Below, in pieces: positions 11,746-24,232 of a stretch of 64,000 nucleotides of DNA; the first letter of the stretch is position 1, and each line of letters starts with the position of its first letter. Source of the DNA: Balanoglossus misakiensis (Eukaryota > Animalia > Hemichordata); NCBI GenBank assembly GCA_040954595.2, contig CM082589.2:10862894-10926893 (forward strand). Direction: 5' to 3'. The position numbers and the translations under genes were made by a program. The notes under the pieces are model-generated. The model ran no database searches, was not told the DNA's origin, and was given only the letters and a program-made list of their open reading frames with translations.

Positions 11746-14312
11746 GTGTTACGGTACCACCTGCTCCACAATAACAAAGCTGACTCGAGCCAACGAACGA
11801 CGTACAATTTACTCGCACGGTATAATATAACGCACAAATTCCATGCGACTGTGAGTTTACTGTTTGGTGCTGTAACGCTTCCCAAAGTCAGAATTTCGAT
11901 GTTGGGGGGACCCTCTCGCCCTACCACGACCAGTTTTTGCTAGAAGGAGTGTACATGTACTTGTAAAATAACATTAAATGCCATGCTTACCAGAGAAACG
12001 ACATCATCAAGCATGGAGGCGACCGGGACCTCCATGCTTGATGAACGTCAAAGCTGCAATGATTTTTCAAATGCAATGGTCAGCGGTACGAGAACGAGGC
12101 ACCAGCTGTGCGTCAATTATGCAACTTACTTACTACTCAATCAGAATCCTGCTTCAACATGACGTAACACTAATTAGTCAAAGAATGCAATGCAACGTAT
12201 GTGTGCGGGTGGAGAATGCGCCTCACGTCAATGCAGACACACCAGACACACACACTGAAATGCAAATTGAGGAATTATGTCACGGTGTTCTTTGGAAGTG
12301 CGAATGAATAAAATATTTCGTTTTCTTCAGTGTTTTTGTACTACAAAAAAAATTGCTAAAAAACGACTAGTAAGCGCTTATGCAATGAAATACAAATAAA
12401 TATAATTATCGCCAATTGGAAATGGTACGTCAATCCGCATTTGTCAAAAAATAACAGAAAAGACAAAGGAGCTGAGACGTCCTAAAATAAAAGGAATGAC
12501 CTCTCTGTTCTGACCTGTATGAGGAAGCCCTATTGTAATACGCAATATGTCGGATCATGCTACCATCCGCCATTCTGATTGGACGAGAGATCAATCCATC
12601 GATACGAAAGTACTCAATAGAGCACTGCTAAAACTGGCCCCTGAACTAATAGCATGCAACAGGGAAAACTTGACTAAATAAAAAAAAATATAGCTGATAA
12701 ATTTACGGACGGCCGGTTTATTTTTTAACTGCTCTATTGGAACTGTTGTCACTGTCATGCACGATGCATGTCTTGTCATTGCGCACTCGTGTTAACATTC
12801 ATCAGAGCGCCTTTCGATCAATTCGTAACGTTTACATTAGACTCGAGTTCATTTTCGTTATGAAAATGACATTGATATACACAAAGTCGATTACTGATAT
12901 AAAATAATAGCAATAACCCTAACCATAGATTAGGCTATAGCATTCCGGTAATTTTTTCAATATCACTCAGGAAGGATTCTATAACATTCTGTTTTGTATC
13001 GGGATGTATAATTTAATATCCATACTACAAAACAAATATCAGCGGTAACTCAGAAAATATTGTTGAAAATTTGTTCTCTGTAGGCCTAACCATGGTAAGA
13101 TAATGCAATGCCGGTAAGTATTTTGGAAGTCAAGGTTGCATTGTATTGTCTGGTGTTCAAATAATCACAAACATCCCGGAAGACTAAATTCTTTCTGTCA
13201 AAACCACTTCTGCAACGACAAGATTTTTCAGGGCAGGCAAAACCATGGCATGAAGACGATATGAAGTCGATGAGTTAATGTTATGTTGAACCCGGCCACT
13301 TTACGTATCTTAACTATTCACACATTGACCATTCTATAATTCTCTCCCTTTTGATGTCTTCTTTGTGGTTTGTTTGTAAAAATGTTGCCTGTGTTGAAAC
13401 TTGACTACTTGTCACTTTTGCCTACCAAGAATAATATGACCAAAAGGGGTGGCATGAAATTCTAGACTGTAACAAAACTCGATTTCATGACCCAAAGTTT
13501 GATTTTATGTGTTTTTGGTTTGGACGTGGCAAAGACATGTAAATTCCGACCACCTATACACCATCCATACATGTATGAATCGACATCATTTATTGCACGA
13601 GAGACTTCAAGCAAGCATTCCATCATCGCAAAAGGACAAAGAGAGAGCGACTTTGTCTCTTTAAAGTAATTTAGCAAGTTCAAAGTGAATGCCCACATGA
13701 AAACCTTTACTCAGCAATTTTTTTTGTAATTAATAAAACTAGGTTTGGTATGTTTTTGCGCTTGTTTTATTTTCCTTTTGTCTATAAATAGTCGTATATT
13801 TTAAAACAGCTAAAATGAGTCAAATGGGGCATTTTTCCATCCCACCTCATCCTAGCTAAGAGCTTCAGTGCCGGTCACCTCCACAAAATTAATTTACCAC
13901 GAACAAATTGAAATACAGCCAATCGGAAAAAGTGCGCCACCACATGGTCATTTGAAGACTTTTATGCTCTCTTCTGGCCGTAAACGCATGTGATCTGGAA
14001 TAAATCGAACATCGATCGTGTTTTATTTATTTTCACCACCAGCGAAAATCTACGACGGCCCAACCGCAGATTATTGCTGCTCCATACAACAACCGGCTTA
14101 AACTGTTATGTGCATGTGTTTTGTGTTCTGGTGGCGTTTGCGGGTCTGAGACGTCATTTGTAGAAGGCCCTATTCGTTTTCTACCAATAACTTTTACCAA
14201 CCATGCTAGAACTATTTCGTTTTCTTTGACGACGCTTGACACTTTTCTTGCTTTGTTGTTAGTACATGTAGTTTGTTTGTTCGTTACGTCTGTTACTGGG
14301 GTTCTTCACTTG

Positions 14313-17300
14313 TAGTCTGGTTACACTATGAGATAGGTGCCGTTAATCAGAATTTTTGGTAAGGAAGGTTTGAGAAGTCCATTCTATGTAAAAAATGGTG
14401 CTCATTCCAAAAAAGTCAGTCTTATTAACCCCACTCAAGACAAAATTGCCATTTTGGCCATTTTTAACCCCAAAATGGTCTTTTTTAGAAAACACTAAAA
14501 ACACATTGTTTTCGTCACATTCTGAGATCTGATAACATATGATATGCTTATTCTATGTAAAATTTGGTGAATATTACGAAAAAAGTAGTTCGATTGACCC
14601 AAAACAACAGAAAATTGCCTTTTTGACCAATTTTTGCCCCAAAAACGTCATTTTTAGAAAAAAAATAAAACACACGGTTTTCTTCATAATGATTGATCTG
14701 GTGATATATGGAAAGTCAATTCTATGTTAAAAGTGGTGACTTTAAAAAATAAAGCAGTCTTTTTGACCTCAATCAATACAAAAATGCCATTTTTGGCCAC
14801 TTTTTGTGGTCAAAAAAGGTCATTTTTACAAAAAAACTAAAAATAAATTGTGTTTATCATATTCAGAGATCATTGGATATATGAAATGTCCATTCTATGT
14901 AAAAAATGGTGCTGATTCCAGAAATAGCAGTCTTATTGACCCTACTCAAGAAAAAATGCCATTTTTGCCACTTTTTGCCCCAAAACGTCATTTTCAGAAA
15001 ACACACAAAATTTATATATTTTCTTCACTTTCGGAGATCTGATAATGTATTATATGCCCACCCTATGTAAAATCTGGTGATTATTCGAAAAAAGCAGATT
15101 TATTGACCCAACCTAATGCAAAATGCCCTTTTGGAAAGTTTTTGCCCAAAAAGGCCATTTTTAGAAAAAAATTTAAAAACAAACTTTTCTTCATAAAGCT
15201 CAGAGATCATGTGATATATGAAATGTTCATCCTATGTAAAAAATGGTGCTGATTCCAGAAATAGCAGTCTTGTTGATCCTACTCAAGAAAAAATGCCATT
15301 TTGCCACTTTTTGCCCCCAAAACGTCATTTTCAGAAAACACTCAAAATTTATATATTTTCTTCACTTTCGGAGATCTGATAATGAATTATATGCCCACTG
15401 TATGTGAAAAATTTCCAAAAAAGCAGTTTTATTGATGCCACTCAAGATAAAAGTGCCTTTTTGGCAAGTTTTTGCCCAAAAAGTGTCATTTCTAGAAAAT
15501 ACGAAAATTATGCCATTTTCTTCCCATTGGTGATCAAATGATAAATAAAAGTACTAAAAAACCCACTCTTACTGACCCCACTGAGGGAAAAAAATATCAT
15601 TTTGGCCTCTTTGCTCAAAAAGGTAACTGTTAGAAAAAATAAATACAAACTTATTCCTTAATATTCAGAGCCCTTGTGATGTATGTAAATTCGTTTTTTG
15701 TGTGTGTGTGTGTGCAAAAAATATGCTGATACCAGCACAACGGTCTTATTGAGACACCCCGCTCAGTACAAAATTGCCATTTAGCCATCTTTTGGTCAAC
15801 AATAGGCATTTTCAGAAAACAAATATAATTGATGTTTTTGCCTTTTGTGTTCTGATGTTGTATATGCATATTTAAAACGCCATAACCATATAATGTCAAT
15901 TAAATTGATGATATTGAAAGACAGGGTTGCCACAATTTGGCAAATTTAGCCCAAAACTGAACTTAACAATAAGATGATCCATGTATACGCACTGTCTACT
16001 ATAAGTCGATTATGCGTGGTGTGGAATATTTAGGTTCAGATATGCCAGCTCGGGAGAGAGTGTTGAAATTTATTCTCTTCAATCTGAATACAAAATCAGA
16101 AATTATATTATAATTTATATCATACTGATTGGACAGGAGTGCAACGATGCTAGAATACTCAATAGAGCACTGCTAAAACTGGCCCCTGAACTAGCACGCA
16201 GCAGGGAAAATGTGGGTTTAAACTAAATAAACATAAAACCCTTGACGTTTTAATTTGGAACTGCTGTATGGGAATATTTGGGCAATGTGCAATGCCTTTC
16301 TTTTGTCATCTGTATCATGTTTAGAGCTTGGTCCCGGGCGGCGTGTTTACATTCATTGACGCGAGTTTTGTTCCATTCGTAACTTCTTTTCCTCTCGACG
16401 CTGTTTCATCATCATTATGAGTTCAACTTGGGCTAATTTTGCAAAAACTCCAAATACAAACATTTTTTCGGTACAAAATGGCTAAAATGATAATTTTTTC
16501 TTGAGTAGATCTATTTTTGGCTACAAATAGCAAAAAAGGCAATTTTGACAACCAGAGTGCCGTTTTTGGAATAGTCACCAAATTTTACACAGAATGGACT
16601 TTTCATACATGATCAGATCTCTGAATATGGAGAAAACAATTTGTCTTTAGTTTGTTTGTTTTTAATGAACATTTTTGACCAAAAAAGTGGCCGAAATTAC
16701 AAATTTCAATTGAATAGGGTAAGTAAGACTTCCGTTTTTGGAACAGTAACCACGTTTCAATATAGAATGGGCTTTTATTTATAATAAGATCACCGAAAGT
16801 GAAGAAAAGAGAATGCTTATTAATATATTCTTAAAAATAACAATTTTGTGCAAAACTTAGCCAAAAAGGTGATTTCGTCATGGTTGAGGTCATTAAGACT
16901 GCATTTCTGGAATCAACACCTATTTTACAATAAATGTACTTTTCACACATCATAGAATCTCCAAATAAGAATCAAACAGTTTGTTTATAATGATTTTCGA
17001 AAAGTGGCTTTTTGGGCAAAAACTTGTCAAAAAAGCACTGTTTTCTTGAGTGGCGCTAGTAATTTTTTTTTGAATTTTTTCACATAGAGTGGGTACATAA
17101 TACATCATCATCTCCGAAAGTGAAGAAAATATAAAAGTTTTGGGTGTTTTCTAGAAATGACACTTTTTGGGCAAAAACTTGCCAAAGGGCACTTTTATCT
17201 TGGGTGGCATCAATAAAACTGCTTTTTTGGAAATTTTTCACATAAAGTGGGCATATAATACATTATCAGATCTCCGAAAGTGAAGAAAATATATAAATTT

Positions 17301-18389
17301 TGAGTGTTTTCTGAAAATGACGTTTTTGGGGCAAAAAGTGGCAAAAATGGCATTTTTTCTTGAGTAGGATCAATAAGACTGCTATTTCTGGAATTAGCAC
17401 CATTTTTTACATAGGTTGAACACTTCATATATCACATGATCTCTGAGCTTTATGAAGAAAAGTTTGTTTTTATTTTTTTTTTCTAAAAACGGCCTTTTTG
17501 GGTAATAACTTTCCAAAAGGGCATTTTTGCATTAGGTTGGGTCAATAAATCTGCTTTTTTGGAATAATCACCAAGTTTTACATAGGATGGGCATATAAGT
17601 GAAGAAAATATATAAATTTTGAGTGTTTTCTAAAAATGACGTTTTGGGGCAAAAAGTGGCAAAAATGGCATTTTTTTTCTTGAGTAGGGTCAATAAGACT
17701 GCTATTTCTGAAATCAGCACCGTTTTTTACATAGAATGGACACTTCATATATCCAATGATCTCTGAATATGAAAAACACAATTTATTTTTAGTTTTTTTG
17801 TAAAAATGACCTTTTTTGACCTCAAAAAGTGGCCAAAAATGGCATTTTTGTATTGATTGAGGTCAAAAAGACTGCTTTTTTTTTAAAGTCACCACTTTTA
17901 ACATAGAATTGACTTTCCATATATCACCAGATCAACTATTATGAAGAAAACCGTGTTTTTTAATTTTTTTCTAAAAATGACGTTTTTTTGGCAAAAAATG
18001 GTCAAAAAGGCAATTTTCTGTTGTATTGGGTCAATCGAACTATTTTTTTCGTAATATTCACCAAATTTTACATAGAATAGGCATATCATATGTCATCAGA
18101 TCTTAGAATGTGACGAAAACAGTGTGTTTTTAGTGTTTTCTAAAAAAACACCATTTTTGGGTTAAAAATGGCCAAAATGGCAATTTTGTCTTGAGTGGGG
18201 TCAATAAGACTGACATTTTTGGAATCAGCACCATTTTTTACATAGAATGGACCTCTCAAACCTTCCTTACCAAAAATTCTGATTAACGGCATCTAGCTCC
18301 TGGACTAGGTCCCCTGCCCCATTCCCACTGCCATCGGCGCTACGCTCAAGGGCGCAGCCAGCGGTGGGAATGGGGCAGGGAACAGACTA
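14313..18389. mobile_element. Small hairpin MITE (~90 bp) with 9-bp TSD, AcademH-like, split by a 4-kb insertion
   Basis: TSD cttcacttg at 14304-14312 and 18390-18398; termini tagtctg / cagacta; hairpin ccctgccccattcccac...gtgggaatggggcaggg at ~18312-18380. Confidence 0.8.
14322..18307. mobile_element. Foldback-type non-autonomous transposon (3986 bp), 3-bp TSD, Academ-like
   Basis: Inverted arms of >1.2 kb (~14330-15850 and ~16470-18300) built of ~170-bp A-tract units; TSD GGT at 14319-14321 and 18308-18310; right end ...cctggacta; no coding ORF. Confidence 0.85.
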
Positions 18390-18493
18390 CTTCACTTGTG
18401 GAATAAAGTGCTCATTTCTTGTGTATCTGCATTTTGTCGATGTTATCGCTCCTCTGGCAGAGAAGCCAGGGTGCTAGCTGTTGGCTTTAATAA

Positions 18494-18747
18494 GGGACTG
18501 TTCAGAATTTACTTCCAGGGGGCGGAGAATTTTCAGAGGGGGGGGGGGACCACCCATTTTCTCCAAGACAAATTAGGGGAGACTAGACATAAAAGTCACA
18601 ATAGGGGGACCATGGAAAATCCCCAGGAAATTTAAGGGGGGACCACATATTTCCTCCACAATTTACTAGGGGAGACCATGGGAAAAAATCACCAGGAAAA
18701 TAAAAAATCCTCCATCCCCAACTTGGAAGTAAATTCTGAACAGTCCT
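18494..18747. mobile_element. PIF/Harbinger-type MITE
   Basis: TIR gggactgttcagaatttacttcca / tggaagtaaattctgaacagtcct flanked by TAA and TCA; internal direct repeat. Confidence 0.75.
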
Positions 18748-20508
18748 TCATGGTTGTTTGTTTGTTTGTTTGCCTGTTTGTTTATTCGTATCTTTGTTTG
18801 TTTGTGTATTCTATCTCATTTAATATGATGCTTCTGTCACATTTGGCATTTACTGTCGCATAAACAATGACCAAACCGACTCGACTGCGTTTGGATGCAC
18901 GATGGACTTAAGAGTGAATCCATCGGTGTTTACCGGCCAAAACAAAACCGTTTGATTTCTTTAACACTGTTGCAACAAGTGAGACCCTAGTACATGTAGT
19001 ATATAAATCAGAAGTCCGGTGCATGTTTGCCAGTGACACCTACCACAAAATGGTATCGCCCAAATAATGTTGGGCGCGCCCGTGGAAGTTATAAGCCCGG
19101 CGCTTTTTCCTCATGATTAATAAAACAGTTAACACAACATTGGAAATTCAGCCAATTTGTCCCTGTTTTGTAGAAATAGTGCGAGCTATACATGGCGAAA
19201 AGTTTTTCAAAAAATAGATCAAAATGGGAATTCAAATTAGTGAATATTATTGGCACTTACAGAGTTTTAATTCAAAATAGAGGATTCATTCCAATGAATA
19301 TGCAAGTCAAGAAGTCACATAGGGATCATGACAATGACCTATTGATCATGTCATGATGATTATGTACAAGAGAGAAGTAAAAAACTGGTTATTGCTTGAA
19401 TTTCATGTTTCTTTTTAATCAGATGTAGTCAACAGTCTTTCAACAAGTCTATAACATGATTTTGAAATGATTTTCAAAAGTACACAATTCCATACGAAAA
19501 TGTTACTTTAAGATTTGTAAATTTTTCTGTATATTTGAGTTCACGTGCATAGGCTGACTCAAACATTCTTTGCATCAACATTTACCGTCCTTTCAAAAAT
19601 CTTGCCTGTAGTCCAGGTTTTACATTTGCACTTAATAGCATTATAACACCATCATGTCATCCACATGTTACCCTCACAGCCAGTCACTGTGTGTATATTG
19701 TGATTCATGAAGTACATGTAGTGCTACATATTTTTTGTGGAGATGAGACACACACACACATAGCAACCGATAGACAGACTGCTTGATAATATGCTCTGAC
19801 TGATCCCTAAAGCTGAAACTTGTATGTGTTTGTACATACAACACAAAGGAACTAAAAATAGGGCATTCACATAGGGACCATTGAAAGTTTTCTGAAACAT
19901 CTCAACTCAAACATTGACATAAAAAATACTTTGTGAACAATTAAAGTCTTCCTGGAACGTTTCAGATTTGAGACGGTTTTGCCAGCCAGACCTGATCCGG
20001 TGTAATGATTAACACCTCTTCGCAACCCATTGTCTATGGGGCCGAGCCTCGCAGTGCCTATACATAAACTTTGTGTGTGTGGACACAAACGACTCAAAGG
20101 ATTAATGCTCTGTGTTTACCATAGGCAAATAGTGTCTCAAATTTTTCCCTGCCTGAACCTGGTATCTGAAATGTTTCTCATTTTACCCAGTGTAAACATG
20201 GTGAAAGACAAAATGTCCTATACCTGTATAACATAGATCATAAATTTATAATACCAGGGTTTACTTGGTCTGATTGAAGCTCTGTAATTGGTTGAAGCAA
20301 GGGTTTTTATTACATATGTACCGTCGATTACTTGCACCGAGCGCGCGCGTAACATCGGTATTTGCACTCAGTGCAATACCAAAAACATTATGCTATACCT
20401 GTATGCAAATGAGTGGCCTGTTCACGAAACAAGCAATATCATTCCGCGGTCTCATTTCTTTCATTTTCGGTCTTTTTTTCAAAATGGGATGAACATATGT
20501 AATAAAAA

Positions 20509-20699
20509 CAGAACCCCATGGCTCAATCGTGCAAGCACGGCGTACCGGTAGTATTTGCACTCGTGCTGGCGGTGTATTCTTGCTGCCCCCCGCACGAGCG
20601 ACAGCGAGTGCGGGGGACGGGCGCAAGAATACACCGCCAGACACTCGATGCAAATACTACCGTTACGCCGTGCTTGCACGATCGAGCCATGGGGTTCTG
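20509..20699. mobile_element. Palindromic MITE (~190 bp), possibly hAT-type
   Basis: Near-perfect hairpin cagaaccccatggctc...gagccatggggttctg; TSD only imperfect. Confidence 0.75.
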
Positions 20700-21410
20700 T
20701 CATAACATTCTCTACTAGAAGACCTGAACAGTAAATAACTGAAATAAAATACACAAAAGAGAATGCATCTGAATAGAACACAATTTATTAACTTGGATTG
20801 GTCATGGGCATCAGGGCGCTCTACTTAAGAAATTCTAGAACATGTTTGTACAAGTGGCATTTTCATGAGCAGTGAGCAACGAGGCCTTTCTGGCATGTAA
20901 TACTTAAAATCCAAACATCAGATTTTTTATCACACAAAATCATATTATATATAATGACATTATAAATGGTGTGCGCTTATATTTGGTTACGGATTTAAAA
21001 CCTCTTTGAGGAAAATTTTGCAGAGAGGTCTTGTATCTACAACCAAATAACCACTATGTTCATATCATTCAGATTGCTCAGTACTATCAGCGAGTTCACC
21101 AGTGGTTTCCAGAAATCTATAGGCTAAACATATGCCATTTTCATTGTGCCTCCCCCCATCTATTTCAATACAATAAATAATGGCTGGCTTGATTTTTCAC
21201 CAGGACTTTTAAACAATAGTTTTTGTTAAGATATAGACAACATTCCAGATGTGTATGAAAACTCGAGGAAAATAATAACATTTGACCTGTCATCAGTTGT
21301 GAATTAATTAAATATTTTCATAAACTACACATTATAATCAAATTTAAACTCGTATGTAATGAATAATCGTCTCAACATAAGAGCTGCTAAGGCTAGACTC
21401 AACAGCACTA

Positions 21411-22100
21411 TCAACACGAAAGAATTACTATTTTCTTGCTGACGTATCTGGCGATTATTCTGATTTGATAGTGTGTCGTTTCTTCTTCTGGGTTGCTCAT
21501 ACCCTTGCTGGCTGACATTTCTTTGTCGTATGTTTGTCTCTGTGGTAGCATTGTCATTGGCATTTCTCTGGGGGTGTTTTCTGTGTTGGCAGTTGCAGGT
21601 TCTGGTGCTAGGGGAGTGTTGACATCTGCCTGGGGTGTTGCATCGGCTGGCGGTTGAACGGTGTTGTCGTTGTTCGATGCCGCATCTCTGTGTCGTGGCG
21701 GCTGTCCGGCTCCTGCAAACGCAGCGTACTGAGACACGAATGGGTTCGGGTATGACATCTGCTGGAAGTGTTGCTGGTATGCTGCGGCTGGATAGGGTGG
21801 GGGTTGTTGGTTCGCAGAAGCTACAGGCTGGGGTGTGTTTGTGCTTGTGCTTGTTGTGGCAGTATCAGCAGAGGTTGCTATGCTTTTCTTTGTCTCTTCC
21901 TGTGGAGGATAAAAAGAACACAGTGTTTTTGCAAAGGTCGGGGAACACTGGTAATGGATTTGGGAACCCCGTTAATATTCCTATAACCTCCTAATATAAC
22001 CACATTGATACACCCAGGGGAACCCCGGTAAAATGACTGGGGAACTCTGGTAGACTGCCTGACCACTGTGACATTGGCCTTGTTCTGTTGTTTTAATTCG
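21411..22100 (-). pseudogene. Decayed Pro/Gln/Thr-rich coding-like fragment
   Basis: GC-elevated; 115-aa ORF 21411-21758 with frameshifted upstream continuation (ATSADTATTSTSTNTPQP...PYPAAAYQQHFQQMSYPNPF). No family recognised. Confidence 0.4.
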
Positions 22101-24232
22101 GAGTGACTGGGGTACTCCGGTAGATTTTATCTAGGTACCGCCCTTAACAAAAACACTAGAACAGAATCACAATTTGGAAGGCATGAGAGGCAAATACCAT
22201 TTAAGGATGTACACGCACAACATAAACTGATAAACAGTGCATGTGTGTCTGTTCCTGAAAGGATTACATCGATAATTGCCAGAAAACAAACTTCTACTAT
22301 TGTCTTTTTCACGAAATTTTACACATAGCTCAGTCAAGTAAACGTAAATTCATTGGTCAAAAAAAATTATGTGGTCACCAAGCTCTATTATGAGATAAAT
22401 TGCGTTAAAATCTTCGCCCATAGACAAACCATTGGTGAAAAATGCTGAGACAGCAAATTTCTTCTATTATCAACTAAATTCATGGCTCTGTATTTTTTTT
22501 AAAAAGGGCAATGACCCCTACAATTTTTAACGAATTCTCATTATACATACACAGCATAATCCAAAAATCCACAATTAAAAGAATGACAATACTTTCAACG
22601 TGTATAATACCAGCATACACCTGTTTCAAGTCCAGTGTCCTAATACACCATCATCATGAATTGGAACTCAAAGCAAGGCCAATGAGCAAACCCAGATTGA
22701 CAACTCATTACACCAGCAAAGTGGTTTCTTTATGGAAGTGGTGGTACCAATAAATACTTTATTCAAGGTAAGAATTTCTTATTGTAGCAGTATTTTCATT
22801 TCCATTCATGTTTTAAAGGCCTTTTTTGTAGATTCTGAGTTTCTATGCCAGACAAAGTATGATTATTTTTCCACTAATGCAGCCTGAATTAAAGTCAACA
22901 TTTTTCACCATAGGTCTTTCTATGTTATTTTTCTATAGGCATGGACACATTTAAGTTTATCTCAAAACTGAGCACAGTGGTGAGCCTACAACTTATATGA
23001 ATCACTCAATTTAATTTCATTTGGATGAGTTATGAGTGAAACTTCTTAAAATTACAATAGTAGAAAAGGGTTTTCTATCAATTCTTAATGTTATCCTATG
23101 GGAAGAAACACATTCCATGAGCTCATACATGTAGTGTGTGCCATTCTTAACCCTTTCAGTATTATATGAATCAGATATAGAAGCTTGTTCAACGTCCCGT
23201 TGCGGCCAAGCCAATCAGATTGCACGTTATGTCAATCAAAACTGAAGGATACCTAAAGTTCTCTATAAGGCACCGTCTGATTGGTTTACTAGAGTTTTCA
23301 ACGGGAGCTTCTATGGGAGTTGGTCAGATGTAGTGTGAGGCGACAGTATAAGAATACCGTACTGCGAAGTAAAAGACGTCGCCGTACCCTACATCTGATT
23401 TTAATCAGATTGTATGCACACATAAGCTGGTTTAGAATACTGATAAACCCTGATGAAACAATCTCAGTAAAATATATACAGATGAGAATGAGAATGCAGT
23501 TAAAGTTAAATATACATTCGTTGTATCTTTTGGCTTTATTTCCAGTATTTTTGTTCTATGTAGCAAATGCGATTTCATGTTCTACTCCACACAGATTGTT
23601 ACTTGTCAGCACAGAATGTATGTGTATAATGGCCATTGTCATTGTTGACAATAATTCATGGATTCTAGTCTGGACTTAAATTCCAATTTGGCACAATAAC
23701 AATGCTGACCATACACATATATGTTTCATCATGTTTCGGGAATTTGCACAAGAAACTGCTAAACAAAGATACTGAAAACATAGGAAAAAGGTAAAGGTAA
23801 TGGAGCTTTAATTACAATTCACACTGTATACAAAATCCATGTAAAAATTCAAAATACTGGATTTGTCAGCTTCAACTGATATGGGGGTCACACAAGAAAT
23901 TGCTAAAACGTCTCAGATCAAATACTGGCATAAATTATTATTGGTGAATGGTTTAAGTGGTCCTGAATCTTCTCAGATTTGAGACACGTCTCTTACCAGG
24001 TTCACACAGGGTAAAATTTGAGACACTATTAGTCTATGGTAAACACAGAGCGTTAATACTTTGGGGGGGGGGGTTAGCTGGGCAGGCCCGCCCTCCTTTA
24101 TTTTTTGCCACCCTGCTATCTTACGCGCCGCCCTGCTTTCTTTTCATTCCCGCCTTGGTAAATATTTATTGTTTCTGGTGCACGCTCCCGCATGCGGCTT
24201 GCATTTGAGAGAATGATATTTATTCAGTTTAG

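Larger units (their letters stand above)
20095..24063. mobile_element. ~4-kb segment bounded by ~70-bp inverted repeats (probable non-autonomous DNA transposon)
   Basis: caaaggattaatgctctgtgtttaccatag...gaacctggta (20095-20164) is inverted at ~23994-24063; no TSD resolved. Confidence 0.6.

Noticed and set aside
11978-12307. 109-aa ORF
   Set aside because: No recognisable domain or supporting splice structure.
14539-18089. Mirror-image ORFs on both strands
   Set aside because: Translations of the non-coding inverted foldback arms.
20274-20781. Cluster of overlapping ORFs
   Set aside because: They arise from a GC-rich palindromic MITE.
23449-23485. ctgatga hammerhead-like motif
   Set aside because: GAAA is replaced by AAAA and no stem I can form.
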